Shown: one piece after another, positions 44,763 through 55,257 of the stretch
How the letters are laid out: each line of letters opens with the position of its first letter
How positions within the stretch are numbered: position 1 is the first letter of the stretch
Assembly (NCBI GenBank): GCA_963743915.1
Contig: CAVURN010000002.1
Location: 96,001 to 160,000 of the forward strand
From: an uncultured Actinomycetota bacterium
Lineage (GTDB): Bacteria > Actinomycetota > Actinomycetes > JAHEKZ01
Reading direction: 5' to 3'
DNA length: 64,000 nucleotides
Notes under the pieces: generated by a model
Database searches by the model: none
What the model was told of the DNA's origin: nothing
Seen by the model: only the letters and a program-made list of their open reading frames with translations
Made by a program: the position numbers and the translations under genes

Positions 44763-45596
44763 GTGACGGACCACCACGCCGACCCAGCCGAACTCGGTCT
44801 GGGCCAGGCTTTCGACGAGGAGATCCTCGGTGAGGAAGTCCTCGCCGACGACGGGCGGCTCGCTGCGGCGATCGCCTCCGCCGCGGGGCGCGCGCTGATG
44901 GAGCTCCGTCACCGGTTCGACAGCGGTGACGGCAAGGCCCTCAAGGACGCGGGAGACCGCCTCGGGCATGCGCTGATCACCGCCACGCTCAAGGCGTACC
45001 GTCCGTCGGACGCGGTTCTCTCCGAGGAGGGCGCCGACGACCTGGCCCGACTCGACGCCGACCGCGTGTGGATCGTCGACCCGCTCGACGGGACCCGCGA
45101 GTTCTCCGAGCCGCCTCGGGACGACTGGGCGATCCACGTCGCCCTGTGGGAGCGCGGTGCGGGCACCTCCGGTGTGGGCGAACTCACGGCTGGCGCTGTG
45201 GCACTTCCCGCCAAGGACCTCACCCTCGCCACCTACGATGTACCGGTACTGGCACCGTCCCGGTCGGGTCGTCCCCGCTTCATGGTCAGCCGCACGCGGC
45301 CCCCCGCCGAGGCTGAGCACGTGGCGCAGTCGTTGGGGGGCGAGCTGGTCCCGATGGGGTCGGCCGGGGCGAAGGCCATGGCCGTCCTTCTGGGTGAAGG
45401 TGACGCCTATGTCCACTCAGGGGGCCAGTACGAGTGGGACAGTGCTGCACCGGTGGCAGTGGCCCGCGCCGCTGGGCTGCACTGCAGCCGGATCGACGGC
45501 AGCCCGCTGGTCTACAACCAGGCGGACACGCTGCTGCCCGACCTGGTGATCTGCCGTCCGGAGCTTGCGGAAGGTGTCCTCGCGGCATTGGCGTGA
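44763..45596 (+). CDS. cysQ: 3'(2'),5'-bisphosphate nucleotidase CysQ
   Basis: LSEEG, WIVDPLDGTREF, GSAGAK, EWDSAA. Confidence 0.92.
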   Translation: MTDHHADPAELGLGQAFDEEILGEEVLADDGRLAAAIASAAGRALMELRHRFDSGDGKALKDAGDRLGHALITATLKAYRPSDAVLSEEGADDLARLDADRVWIVDPLDGTREFSEPPRDDWAIHVALWERGAGTSGVGELTAGAVALPAKDLTLATYDVPVLAPSRSGRPRFMVSRTRPPAEAEHVAQSLGGELVPMGSAGAKAMAVLLGEGDAYVHSGGQYEWDSAAPVAVARAAGLHCSRIDGSPLVYNQADTLLPDLVICRPELAEGVLAALA

Positions 45597-45639
45597 CGGG
45601 TCGGCCCGACGGCCGGCCGACGGAACAAGGAGAGAAAGC

Positions 45640-46554
45640 GTGTCCTCGATCGACTACCAGCTTTCCCAGCTGGACCTGCTCGAAGCCGAGTCCATCCACA
45701 TCATGCGTGAGGTGGCAGCGGAGTTCGAGCGTCCTGTGCTGCTCTTTTCCGGAGGCAAGGACTCCATCGTCATGCTCAGGCTCGCCGAGAAGGCGTTCTG
45801 GCCGGCGAAGATCCCCTTCCCGTTGATGCACGTCGACACCGGGCACAACTTCGACGAGGTGATCGAGTTCCGCGACCGTCGCGTCGAGGAGCTCGGAGCC
45901 CGGCTGATCGTGGCCTCCGTCGAGGACGCCATCGCCGAGGGCCTCGTCACGGACCCCACCGGCCCGCGTGCGTCTCGCAACAGCATCCAGACCGTGCCGT
46001 TGCTCAAGGGCATTGTCGACAACAAGTTCGACGCCGTCTTCGGCGGTGCGCGGCGCGACGAGGAGAAGGCACGCGCCAAGGAGCGGGTCTTCTCGTTCCG
46101 GGACGAGTTCGGCCAGTGGGACCCGAAGGGTCAGCGTCCGGAGCTCTGGAGCCTGTACAACGGCCGGCACCGCCAGGGTGAGCACATTCGCATCTTCCCG
46201 CTGTCGAACTGGACCGAGCTCGACATCTGGCAGTACATCCAACGCGAAGAGCTCGAGCTGCCGTCGATCTACTACGCGCACAAACGTCCGGTGTTCGTGC
46301 GCGACAACATGCTGATGGCCGTCACTGAGGTGACGCCCCCCGACGAGGGCGCCGACGTGTTCGAGGCGCAGGTGCGGTACCGCACCGTCGGGGACATGAC
46401 GTGCACCGCCGCCGTCGAGTCGGACGCGGACACCGTGGAGAAGATCATCGAGGACGTCGCCGCCAGCCGGATCACCGAGCGCGGCGCGACCCGAGCAGAC
46501 GACCGGGCCTCCGAGGCCGCAATGGAAGACCGTAAGCGCGAGGGGTACTTCTGA
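45640..46554 (+). CDS. cysD: Sulfate adenylyltransferase subunit 2
   Basis: LFSGGKDS, GARRDEEKARAKER, MEDRKREGYF. Confidence 0.97.
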   Translation: MSSIDYQLSQLDLLEAESIHIMREVAAEFERPVLLFSGGKDSIVMLRLAEKAFWPAKIPFPLMHVDTGHNFDEVIEFRDRRVEELGARLIVASVEDAIAEGLVTDPTGPRASRNSIQTVPLLKGIVDNKFDAVFGGARRDEEKARAKERVFSFRDEFGQWDPKGQRPELWSLYNGRHRQGEHIRIFPLSNWTELDIWQYIQREELELPSIYYAHKRPVFVRDNMLMAVTEVTPPDEGADVFEAQVRYRTVGDMTCTAAVESDADTVEKIIEDVAASRITERGATRADDRASEAAMEDRKREGYF

Positions 46555-47810
46555 TGGAGCTGCTGAGACTGGCCACCGCTGGCTCGGTCGACGACGGCAA
46601 GAGCACGCTGATCGGACGACTGCTCTACGACAGCAAGTCGATCTTCGAGGACCAGCTCGAGGCCGTTGAGCGCACGTCCCGTGACCAGGGGGCCGACTAC
46701 ACCAACCTTGCGCTGCTGACCGACGGTCTCCGTGCGGAGCGTGAGCAAGGCATCACGATCGACGTCGCCTACCGGTACTTCGCCACACCCAAGCGCAAGT
46801 TCATCATCGCCGACACCCCGGGTCACATCCAGTACACCCGCAACATGGTGACCGGCGCCTCCACGGCCAACCTCGCGATGATCCTCGTGGACGCGCGCAA
46901 CGGCGTCATCGAGCAGAGTCGCCGTCACGCGTTCCTCGCGTCGCTGCTGCGGGTTCCGCACGTCGTGATGCTGGTCAACAAGATGGACCTCGTCGACTAC
47001 GACCAGGCAGCGTACGAGCGGGTCGCCGACGACTTCCGGGCGTTCGCCGCCAAGCTCGACATCCCGGACCTCACCATCATCCCGATCTCGGCGCTCAAGG
47101 GGGACAACGTCGTCACCCGCTCGGCGAGCATGCCGTGGTACGAGGGCTCGTCGCTCCTCCACCACCTCGAGAACATTCACATCGGCTCGGACCAGAACCT
47201 GATCGACGTCCGATTCCCGGTGCAGTACGTGATCCGTCCCCAGTCCGATGCCTTCCACGACTACCGCGGCTACGCGGGCACCGTGGCCGGCGGCACGATC
47301 AAGGTGGGCGACGAGGTCATGGTGCAGGCGAGTGGCCTCACCTCACGCGTGGTCGGCATCGACCTGTTCGGGCAGGAGCTGCAGGAGGCACACCCACCCA
47401 TGTCGGTGGCCCTGCGCCTCGCCGACGACCTCGACGTCAGTCGCGGTGACATGATCTGTCGCCCGCACAACCACCCGCACGCGACGCAGGACCTCGACGC
47501 GATGGTGGTGTGGATGCAGCAGGGCACCCGCATCCAGGAGGGCAACCGCTACATCATCAAGCACACCACACGGACGGCCAAGACGATCGTCAAGGATCTG
47601 CAGTACCGCCTCGACATCAACGACCTTCACCGTGACGAGAAGTCCACCTCGCTCGGGCTCAACGAGATCGGTCGACTCACCTTCCGCGTCACGCAGCCGC
47701 TGTTCGTCGACGAGTACCGGCGGAACCGGCTGACCGGGTCGTTCATCCTGATCGATGAGGGGTCGGGCGCGACCGTCGCGGCGGGGATGGTCGTCGACAC
47801 CGACGTCTGA
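46554..47810 (+). CDS. cysN: Sulfate adenylyltransferase subunit 1 (no fused APS kinase)
   Basis: GSVDDGKSTLIGRL, EREQGITID, DTPGH, NKMD. Confidence 0.96.
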   Translation: MELLRLATAGSVDDGKSTLIGRLLYDSKSIFEDQLEAVERTSRDQGADYTNLALLTDGLRAEREQGITIDVAYRYFATPKRKFIIADTPGHIQYTRNMVTGASTANLAMILVDARNGVIEQSRRHAFLASLLRVPHVVMLVNKMDLVDYDQAAYERVADDFRAFAAKLDIPDLTIIPISALKGDNVVTRSASMPWYEGSSLLHHLENIHIGSDQNLIDVRFPVQYVIRPQSDAFHDYRGYAGTVAGGTIKVGDEVMVQASGLTSRVVGIDLFGQELQEAHPPMSVALRLADDLDVSRGDMICRPHNHPHATQDLDAMVVWMQQGTRIQEGNRYIIKHTTRTAKTIVKDLQYRLDINDLHRDEKSTSLGLNEIGRLTFRVTQPLFVDEYRRNRLTGSFILIDEGSGATVAAGMVVDTDV

Positions 47811-47846
47811 CGGCACCCGACCGGACGTGGGTGCGTCCGAGAGCGC

Positions 47847-49208
47847 TCACGGTGTCACGGCGCCGAGTCGGACCAGCGCGTCGTACACCTCGTCCACGCA
47901 GTCCTCGATGCTGCGTCCTGTGGTGTCGATGACCACCTCGGCGTCGGCCGGCTCCTCGTAGGGGTCGGAGATCCCGGTGAACTCGGGGATCTCGCCGCGT
48001 CGCGCCTTCGCGTACAGGCCCTTGCGGTCGCGGCGCTCGCACTCCGCGAGCGGGGTGGCCACGTGGACGAGCACGAACATCCCGTGCTCCTCGACCATCG
48101 CGCGTACCTCGCGACGCGTCGCGTCGTAGGGGGCGATGGGGCAGCAGACCGCGATGCCTCCGGCCTTGGTGATCTCACTGGCCACGAACCCGATCCGCAG
48201 CACGTTCGTGATGCGGTCCGGCCGACTGAACCCCAGACCCTTGGACAGATGGTGCCGGACCACGTCGCCGTCGAGGAGACTGACCGACCGGCTCTCGTGC
48301 TCGACCAGGCGGACCGCCAGTGCCCTCGCGACGGTGGACTTGCCGGACCCGGAAAGCCCCGACAGGAGCACGGTCAGCCCGGTGCGCGAGGTCGGCCGGT
48401 GCAGACGCCGGAGCTCGTCGGCGACAGGCGGCTCGGCCGCCCAGGACGGCAGCGGGGTTCCGTCGAGGACCCACGCGTCGAGCAGGTCCTCGGGGACGAC
48501 GACCTGATCCGCGGCGACGTCCAGCGGTCGGAGCGGGACCGCCGGGTCCGCCGGGAGCTCGTCCACCAGGCCCGGGACGACGAGCAGCTCGTCCGCACCG
48601 TAGGCGGCGGCCAGCTGGGCGCGGAGCCGCAGACCGGGCGCGTCCCAGGGGAGCGGAGGTGCGGGGATCACGACCAGACGGTCGACGGGACGTCGCGTGG
48701 TGGCGGCCACGGCGAGCCGCACGGGTGCGTTGGCGGCCCTGCTGGTCTCCCGTCCGGCCGGGACCGGTGCGAGCTCGAGGATCGTGGCGCCCGATGCCTC
48801 CGCCTGTGCCCGGGCCGCGAGCCGCACGGCGTGGGTCGTCGGGGTGGGAGTCCAGAGGGCCCAGACCGGGCCGTCGCCGGTGGAGTGCGACAGCTCCGCC
48901 GGCGTGCGGCGGAGGGAGACGTGGTCGACGACGCTGAACCCGGACTGCGCGCGGACGGATCCGGACACCCATCCGTCTCGCACGGTGTCCACCGTCACGG
49001 TCGCGAGGGTGACGCCCTCGGGGTCCAGCAGGTCCACCTCGTCGGGGGCGGCACCTTGCGGCGCCGGTGTCGAGAGGAACAACGTCGGGGCCAGCGTCGC
49101 CGGCGAGGGCAGCAGATAGCGGGCGGGCAACGCGCCGTCGAGCATCAGCTGCAGATACGAGAGATCGTCCCCGTGGAGCGTATGCTGCAGGCGTTGGTCG
49201 TGGGTCAC
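47847..49208 (-). CDS. cysC: Adenylyl-sulfate kinase with degenerate N-terminal Sat-like domain
   Basis: [31 protein letters not shown]; N-terminal L.DPEG..LA PUA-like segment. Confidence 0.9.
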   Translation of the reverse strand: MTHDQRLQHTLHGDDLSYLQLMLDGALPARYLLPSPATLAPTLFLSTPAPQGAAPDEVDLLDPEGVTLATVTVDTVRDGWVSGSVRAQSGFSVVDHVSLRRTPAELSHSTGDGPVWALWTPTPTTHAVRLAARAQAEASGATILELAPVPAGRETSRAANAPVRLAVAATTRRPVDRLVVIPAPPLPWDAPGLRLRAQLAAAYGADELLVVPGLVDELPADPAVPLRPLDVAADQVVVPEDLLDAWVLDGTPLPSWAAEPPVADELRRLHRPTSRTGLTVLLSGLSGSGKSTVARALAVRLVEHESRSVSLLDGDVVRHHLSKGLGFSRPDRITNVLRIGFVASEITKAGGIAVCCPIAPYDATRREVRAMVEEHGMFVLVHVATPLAECERRDRKGLYAKARRGEIPEFTGISDPYEEPADAEVVIDTTGRSIEDCVDEVYDALVRLGAVTP

Positions 49209-49448
49209 GGGGAACTCCGGTGTGGGCGGCGCGCGGGTCGTGCGCCGGGGGGCGAACGAGTGTCGCGGAAACGCTAGTGGAGCCCTTCGCGGGCGCGTGG
49301 ACCCGGTCCCGTGACTGGCGGTGACCTGTGACTAACGAATTGTGACCTTGTCGTGGTGGTCGGGTGAATGACAGCGGTCGTGTCGACGAAAGTCGCCCCG
49401 GCGGTGCCGATGACGGGGCAGACTCGGCTCAGCGACCTAAGGGGGGTC

Positions 49449-51014
49449 ATGCGTCACGTTGATGAACCGGAGATGACGGCCGCGCAGGACGCCGTCGTCG
49501 ACGTCGAGCCGACCGTCACCGGGCCCACACCGGATGACTTGGCGGTGTACACCCGACTGCCCGCCGCGGCTCAGGGCCCGACCACCACCGATCCGCGCGA
49601 CTACGCGTTGCTGGGGCCTGTCGTCGAGGCGGCCCCTCGCTGGCTGCCCCGCTACACCATGGCGGTGGTCCTCGCCGACCTGGTGGCTGCACTGGTGTCG
49701 GCGATCATCGCCGTCTCTGTCCCGTTGACGGGCGAACATTGGGTGGACGCCTGGGTGGTGGCGCTCTTCCCGCCAGCGTGGGTCGCCGCCCTGGCCGTGG
49801 GTCGCACCTACGAGCACCGGTTCGTGGGCAACGGCAGCGAGGAGTACAAGCGGCTCTTCCACACCAGCGTCGCCTTCCTCGCCGTCATCGGCACCTTGGC
49901 GTACGCCTTCAACCTCCAGCTCACCCGCGGTGTCGTCGTCGTCGGGCTGCCTCTGGCCATGCTGCTCTCGCTCGTCGGCCACTGGGTGGCTCGCCAGATC
50001 CTGCACGCGGCCCGCGGTCGAGGGCGCTGCATGCAGCGCGTCGTGGTCGTCGGTCTCGAGCGGTCCGTCGCCGAGCTCATCCGCTCGGTGCGGCGCGAAC
50101 CGCACGCGGGACTCCACATCAGCGCCGTCTGCATCGACCGGCCCCGAGGCGACAGCGTCGAGGGCGTGCCGGTCCTCGGCGACAGCGACCATGTGCTGGA
50201 GGTACTCCGCGAGGTGGGTGCCGACACGGTGGCCGTCACCGCGTGGTCCGACGTGTCCCAGAACGACCTCCGCCGTCTCTCGTGGGACCTCGAGGGCTCG
50301 GGAGTGACACTGCTGGTGGCGCCCCGACTCACGGACATCTCCGGCCCACGCATCCACATCCGGCCGGTCGCCGGGCTTCCGCTGCTGAACGTGGAGGAGC
50401 CGGAGTTCTCCGGGGTCCGCCGCATCGTCAAGGGTGGGCTCGACAGGTTGCTCGCCCTCTTCGCGATCGTGCTGCTCCTTCCGGTGCTGGCCGGCATCGC
50501 CCTTGCGGTGGCCGCGACGTCGCGCGGGCCGATCCTGTTCCGCCAGGTGCGGATCGGTCGGCACGGCGAGCCCTTCGTGATCCACAAGTTCCGCAGCATG
50601 TACTGCGACGCCGAGGAGCGCCTGGCCGAGCTCGAGCACCTCAACGAGGCGGACGGGACTCTCTTCAAGGTGCGTGACGACCCGCGGGTCACCCTCGTGG
50701 GGCGGTACCTGCGCCGTTTCAGCCTCGACGAGCTGCCGCAGTTCTTCGACGTGCTCCTGGGACGCATGTCGCTCGTCGGTCCCCGTCCGCCGCTGCCCAC
50801 CGAGGTCGACCGCTACGCCTCGTTGGTGCGCCGTCGTCTCGTCGTGAAGCCAGGCATCACCGGGTTGTGGCAGGTGTCGGGCCGCTCGGACCTGTCGTGG
50901 GACGAATCGGTGCGCCTCGATCTGCTCTACGTCGAGACGTGGTCGCTCGCCCTCGACATCACGATCATGCTGAAGACCGTGCTGGCGGTGCTCAGGCGGC
51001 GCGGCGCGTACTAG
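49449..51014 (+). CDS. Polyprenyl glycosylphosphotransferase (WcaJ/WbaP-type priming sugar transferase)
   Basis: Multiple TM, KFRSM, DDPRVT, SLDELPQ, MSLVGPRP, KPGITGLWQV. Confidence 0.93.
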   Translation: MRHVDEPEMTAAQDAVVDVEPTVTGPTPDDLAVYTRLPAAAQGPTTTDPRDYALLGPVVEAAPRWLPRYTMAVVLADLVAALVSAIIAVSVPLTGEHWVDAWVVALFPPAWVAALAVGRTYEHRFVGNGSEEYKRLFHTSVAFLAVIGTLAYAFNLQLTRGVVVVGLPLAMLLSLVGHWVARQILHAARGRGRCMQRVVVVGLERSVAELIRSVRREPHAGLHISAVCIDRPRGDSVEGVPVLGDSDHVLEVLREVGADTVAVTAWSDVSQNDLRRLSWDLEGSGVTLLVAPRLTDISGPRIHIRPVAGLPLLNVEEPEFSGVRRIVKGGLDRLLALFAIVLLLPVLAGIALAVAATSRGPILFRQVRIGRHGEPFVIHKFRSMYCDAEERLAELEHLNEADGTLFKVRDDPRVTLVGRYLRRFSLDELPQFFDVLLGRMSLVGPRPPLPTEVDRYASLVRRRLVVKPGITGLWQVSGRSDLSWDESVRLDLLYVETWSLALDITIMLKTVLAVLRRRGAY

Positions 51015-51037
51015 GCCACGTGCCGCTCCTCAAGGGC

Positions 51038-51322
51038 TCAGGGCATCCACCGTGCCAGCGCGAGCAGCACCACGCCGAAGAGGGTGAGGACCAGCAACGC
51101 GGAGACGACGCCGACCTCGAGCACCTGCAGCAGGGGATGGTCCGCCCAGCGAGGACGCCGGGTCGGCGCTCGGGTCGCTTCGGGGACGACCGTGCGGGTG
51201 GAAGCCCGGTGACGAGCAGGGGCGTCGGCGGGTCGGCCGCCCCAGAGCAACGGGACCTGGAGGACTGTCGCCACGTCCGACTCGGGCAGGTCGTCGTAGG
51301 AGCGGAGAGGCGCCTCGGTCAC
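51038..51322 (-). CDS. Small hypothetical membrane protein
   Basis: C-terminal hydrophobic helix; TAGCGT -10 just upstream of GTG. Confidence 0.5.
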   Translation of the reverse strand: MTEAPLRSYDDLPESDVATVLQVPLLWGGRPADAPARHRASTRTVVPEATRAPTRRPRWADHPLLQVLEVGVVSALLVLTLFGVVLLALARWMP

Positions 51323-51396
51323 GGCACCAACGCTAGCCGTTGACCGCCGCGACGCCTCGACCACCGGAACCTCCTGACCTGGTCCAGAATGGGCGT

Positions 51397-52035
51397 GTGA
51401 CGCGTCTGCCGAACCGCCGGGTGCTGCTGACCGGCGGGATCGGGTCCGGCAAGTCCGCCGTCGGCCGGCTGCTGGCGGAGTGGGGTGCCTACGTGGTCGA
51501 CGCCGACCAGCTGGCGCGTGAGGTGGTGGCGCCGGGGACGGCCGGACTCGCGGCGGTCGTGCAGGAGTTCGGACCCGGCGTCGTCGGCGTCGACGGGGCA
51601 CTGGACCGTGCGGCCCTCGCCGAGCTGGTCTTCGGCGACCCGGAGCGGCTGGCGGCACTCGAGGCCATCGTCCACCCGCTCGTCCGCCAAGCCGCCGAGG
51701 CCCGGTTCTCGCTCGCGCCCCCTGGTGTCGTCCAGGTCTACGAGGTACCCGTCCTGCGTGAGCGCGAGCCGGGGGACTGGGTGCTGCTCGTCGAGGCGCC
51801 CGTGGAGGTGCGACGCGCCCGGTTGCTCGCACGCGGGCTCAGCGAGGACCAGATCACTGCACGGATGGCTCAGCAGCCGGACGCCGAGGGGTGGCGAGCA
51901 CTGGCCGACCGGGTGATCCGCAACGACGGTGACCTGCGATCCCTGGCGGACGAGACCCGCCAGGCCTGGCAGGAGGTCCTCGCTGAGGAGCCCCCGGAGT
52001 CGGACGCGGAGGACGTTGTCGGGGCGGCGGACTAG
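51397..52035 (+). CDS. coaE: Dephospho-CoA kinase
   Basis: LTGGIGSGKS, DADQLAR, LDRAALA, IVHPLV. Confidence 0.93.
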   Translation: MTRLPNRRVLLTGGIGSGKSAVGRLLAEWGAYVVDADQLAREVVAPGTAGLAAVVQEFGPGVVGVDGALDRAALAELVFGDPERLAALEAIVHPLVRQAAEARFSLAPPGVVQVYEVPVLREREPGDWVLLVEAPVEVRRARLLARGLSEDQITARMAQQPDAEGWRALADRVIRNDGDLRSLADETRQAWQEVLAEEPPESDAEDVVGAAD

Positions 52036-52038
52036 CGT
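52017..52038 (+). promoter_or_regulatory. PafBC/RecA-NDp promoter, leaderless uvrB
   Basis: TGTCGG-N10-TAGCGT, GTG 6 nt later. Confidence 0.8.
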
Positions 52039-52044
52039 GGAGTC

Positions 52045-54157
52045 GTGCGTCCCACCACCGACATCACCCGAACCGTAGCCCCGTTCCAGGTCGTCTCCGA
52101 CTTCGAGCCGAGTGGGGACCAGCCGCAGGCGATCGACGAGCTCGAACGCCGCATCCGGGCCGGTGAGCCCGACGTCGTGCTGCTCGGTGCGACGGGCACC
52201 GGCAAGTCGGCCACCACGGCCTGGCTCGTGGAACGGCTGCAGCGGCCGACGCTCGTCATGGCCCCGAACAAGACCCTGGCGGCCCAGCTGGCGAACGAGT
52301 TCCGCGAGCTCCTTCCACAGAACGCGGTCGAGTACTTCGTCTCGTACTACGACTACTACCAGCCCGAGGCGTACATCCCCCAGACGGACACCTACATCGA
52401 GAAGGACACCGCGATCAACGACGAGGTCGAGCGGCTCCGCTACTCGGCCACCAACAGTCTGTTGACCCGCAGGGACACCGTCGTGGTGGCCACGGTGTCC
52501 GCCATCTACGGCCTCGGCACGCCGCAGGAGTACGTCGACCGCATGGTGCGGCTCCGGGTGGGCGACACGATCGACCGGCAGTCCCTGCTTCGACACCTCG
52601 TCGACGTGCAGTACACGCGGAACGACCTCGCCTTCACCCGCGGCACCTTCCGGGTGCGTGGGGACACCGTCGAGGTGATCCCCGTCTACGAGCTCCACGC
52701 GGTGCGGATCGAGTTCTTCGGCGACGAGATCGAGCGGCTCTCGACGCTGCACCCGCTCACCGGCGAGGTCCTCACCGAGGACGACGAGATCTACGTGTTC
52801 CCGGCCTCGCACTACGCGGCCGGACCGGAACGCATGGAGCGGGCCATCACCGACATCGAGGCCGAGCTCGCCGACAGGCTGGCCGAGATGGAGCAGCAGA
52901 ACAAGCTGCTCGAGGCACAGCGGCTGCGCATGCGCACCACCTACGACCTCGAGATGATGCGGCAGATCGGCTCCTGCTCGGGCATCGAGAACTACTCGCG
53001 ACACATCGACGGCCGGGCCGCCGGCACGCCGCCGAACTGCCTCCTCGACTACTTCCCCGAGGACTTCCTGCTGGTCATCGACGAGTCCCACGTCACCGTG
53101 CCGCAGATCGGGGCGATGTACGAGGGCGACATGTCGCGCAAGCGCACGCTGGTCGACCACGGTTTCCGGCTCCCCAGTGCCATGGACAACCGTCCGCTCA
53201 CGTTCGACGAGTTCGTGGACCGCATCGGCCAGACCGTCTACCTGTCCGCCACCCCCGGGTCCGTACGAGCTCGGTCGCGGGCAGGGCGTCGTGGAGCAGA
53301 TCATCCGTCCGACCGGACTGGTCGATCCCGAGGTCGTCATCAAGCCGACCGCGGGCCAGATCGACGACCTGCTCCACGAGATCCGCCTGCGTGAGGAGCG
53401 CTCGGAGCGCGTCCTGGTGACCACCCTCACCAAGAAGATGTCGGAGGACCTCACCGACTACCTGCTGGAGCTCGGGGTGCGGGTCCGCTACCTGCACTCC
53501 GAGGTCGACACGCTCCGCCGCGTCGAGCTCCTGCGCGAGCTGCGCATGGGCGAGTACGACGTGCTCGTGGGCATCAACCTGCTCCGGGAGGGCCTCGACC
53601 TCCCGGAGGTCTCGCTGGTGGCGATCCTGGACGCCGACAAGGAGGGCTTCCTGCGCTCCGGCACGTCCCTCATCCAGACCATCGGCCGGGCCGCCCGCAA
53701 CGTCTCCGGTCAGGTCCACATGTACGCCGACACCGTGACGCCGTCCATGCAGCACGCCATCGACGAGACCAACCGTCGACGTGCCAAGCAGGTCGCGTAC
53801 AACACCGCGAACGGGATCGACCCCGAGCCGTTGCGCAAGCGGATCGGTGACATCACCGAGATGTTGGCCCGTGAGATGGCGGACACTGCTGATCTCCTCG
53901 GTGGTTCGGGCCGCACCCAGAGTCGCGGCAAGGCACCTGTCCCCGGCCTCAGCTCGCGCGCCACGGACATCGGTCGCCACTCGGCTGATCTCGCGACGTT
54001 GCCGAGCGCCGACCTCGCCGATCTCATCCAGCAGCTCACCGACCAGATGCAGGCTGCGGCCGCCGAGCTGCAGTTCGAGGTGGCGGCGAGGCTCCGCGAC
54101 GAGATCGGGGAGCTGAAGAAGGAGCTCCGGGGGATGCGTGAGGCCGGCGTGCAGTGA
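52045..54157 (+). CDS. uvrB: Excinuclease ABC subunit B (frameshift near 53255)
   Basis: [44 protein letters not shown] domain. Confidence 0.96.
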
Positions 54158-54207
54158 TGCACCACAATGGCTCCCCTGTGCATCCTGCGCCCTAGCCGAG
54201 GAGTCCG

Positions 54208-55190
54208 GTGGACATCAGCCCCCAGATGTGGGCCGTCACGCTCTGCTGTCCTCGTGGCCGTGCTGGTCCTCGACTTCTTCCTCGCCGCCCGACGTCCGCA
54301 TGCCGTGTCGATGCGCGAGGCGTCCCTGTGGACGGTCTTCTACGTGTCGACGGCGGTGGCGTTCGGTGGGTTCATCGCGGCGCAGTTCGGCGGCGGCTAC
54401 GCGCGGGCAGTTCTACGCCGGCTGGCTGACCGAGTACTCGTTGTCCGTCGACAACCTGTTCGTCTTCGTGATCATCATGTCGCGGTTCCGGGTGCCCCGT
54501 CAGAGCCAGCAGTTCGTGCTGCTGGTCGGCATCGCCCTGGCGCTGGCCATGCGGGCCATCTTCATCGCACTGGGCGCGGCCGCCATTGCCCGCTTCTCGT
54601 GGGTGTTCTACCTGTTCGGCGTCTTCCTCATCTACACCGCGTGGCACCTGTTCCGCCACGACGAGGAGGAGTCCGAGGAGTTCCGCGAGAACCGCGTCAT
54701 CCGGTGGGTGCGGGCGGTGCTGCCGACCACGGAGACCTACGACGGCAACCGGCTCCGCACGGTGGTCGACGGTCGCCGCCTCTTCACGCCGATGCTGGTG
54801 GTCATGGTGGCGATCGGCACCACCGACCTGCTCTTCGCGCTGGACTCGATCCCGGCGATCTTCGGGCTCACCCAGGAGCCGTACCTCGTCTTCACGGCGA
54901 ACGCCTTCGCGCTGATGGGCCTGCGGCAGCTGTACTTCCTGCTGGGCGGTCTGCTGGACCGGCTCGTCTTCCTCAGCATCGGTCTGGCGGTGGTGCTCGG
55001 CTTCATCGGCGTCAAGCTCATCCTCGAGGCACTGCACACGAACTCGCTGCCCTTCATCAACGGGGGAGAGCCCGTCGCCTGGGCGCCGGAGATCCCGGTC
55101 ACCGTCAGTCTCGGCGTGATCGTCACCGTGCTGACGGTCACCGCGGTGGCGAGCCTCCTGCACACGCGCCGCCAGAGCCGCCTCCCGTAG
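54208..55190 (+). CDS. TerC family membrane protein (frameshifts near 5' end)
   Basis: EYSLSVDNLFVF, DLLFALDSIPA, NAFALMGLR. Confidence 0.92.
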
Positions 55191-55257
55191 ACTCACGAAG
55201 CAGGCTTCGTACGTCTACGCTAGGCTGAGGCGATCGGCACCACGGAGAGGACGGTTG

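Noticed and set aside
49387-49411. Possible seventh sigma28 promoter before the sugar transferase (CGAAAG...GCCGAT)
   Set aside because: Mismatched -35 and shorter spacer than the six clear sites.
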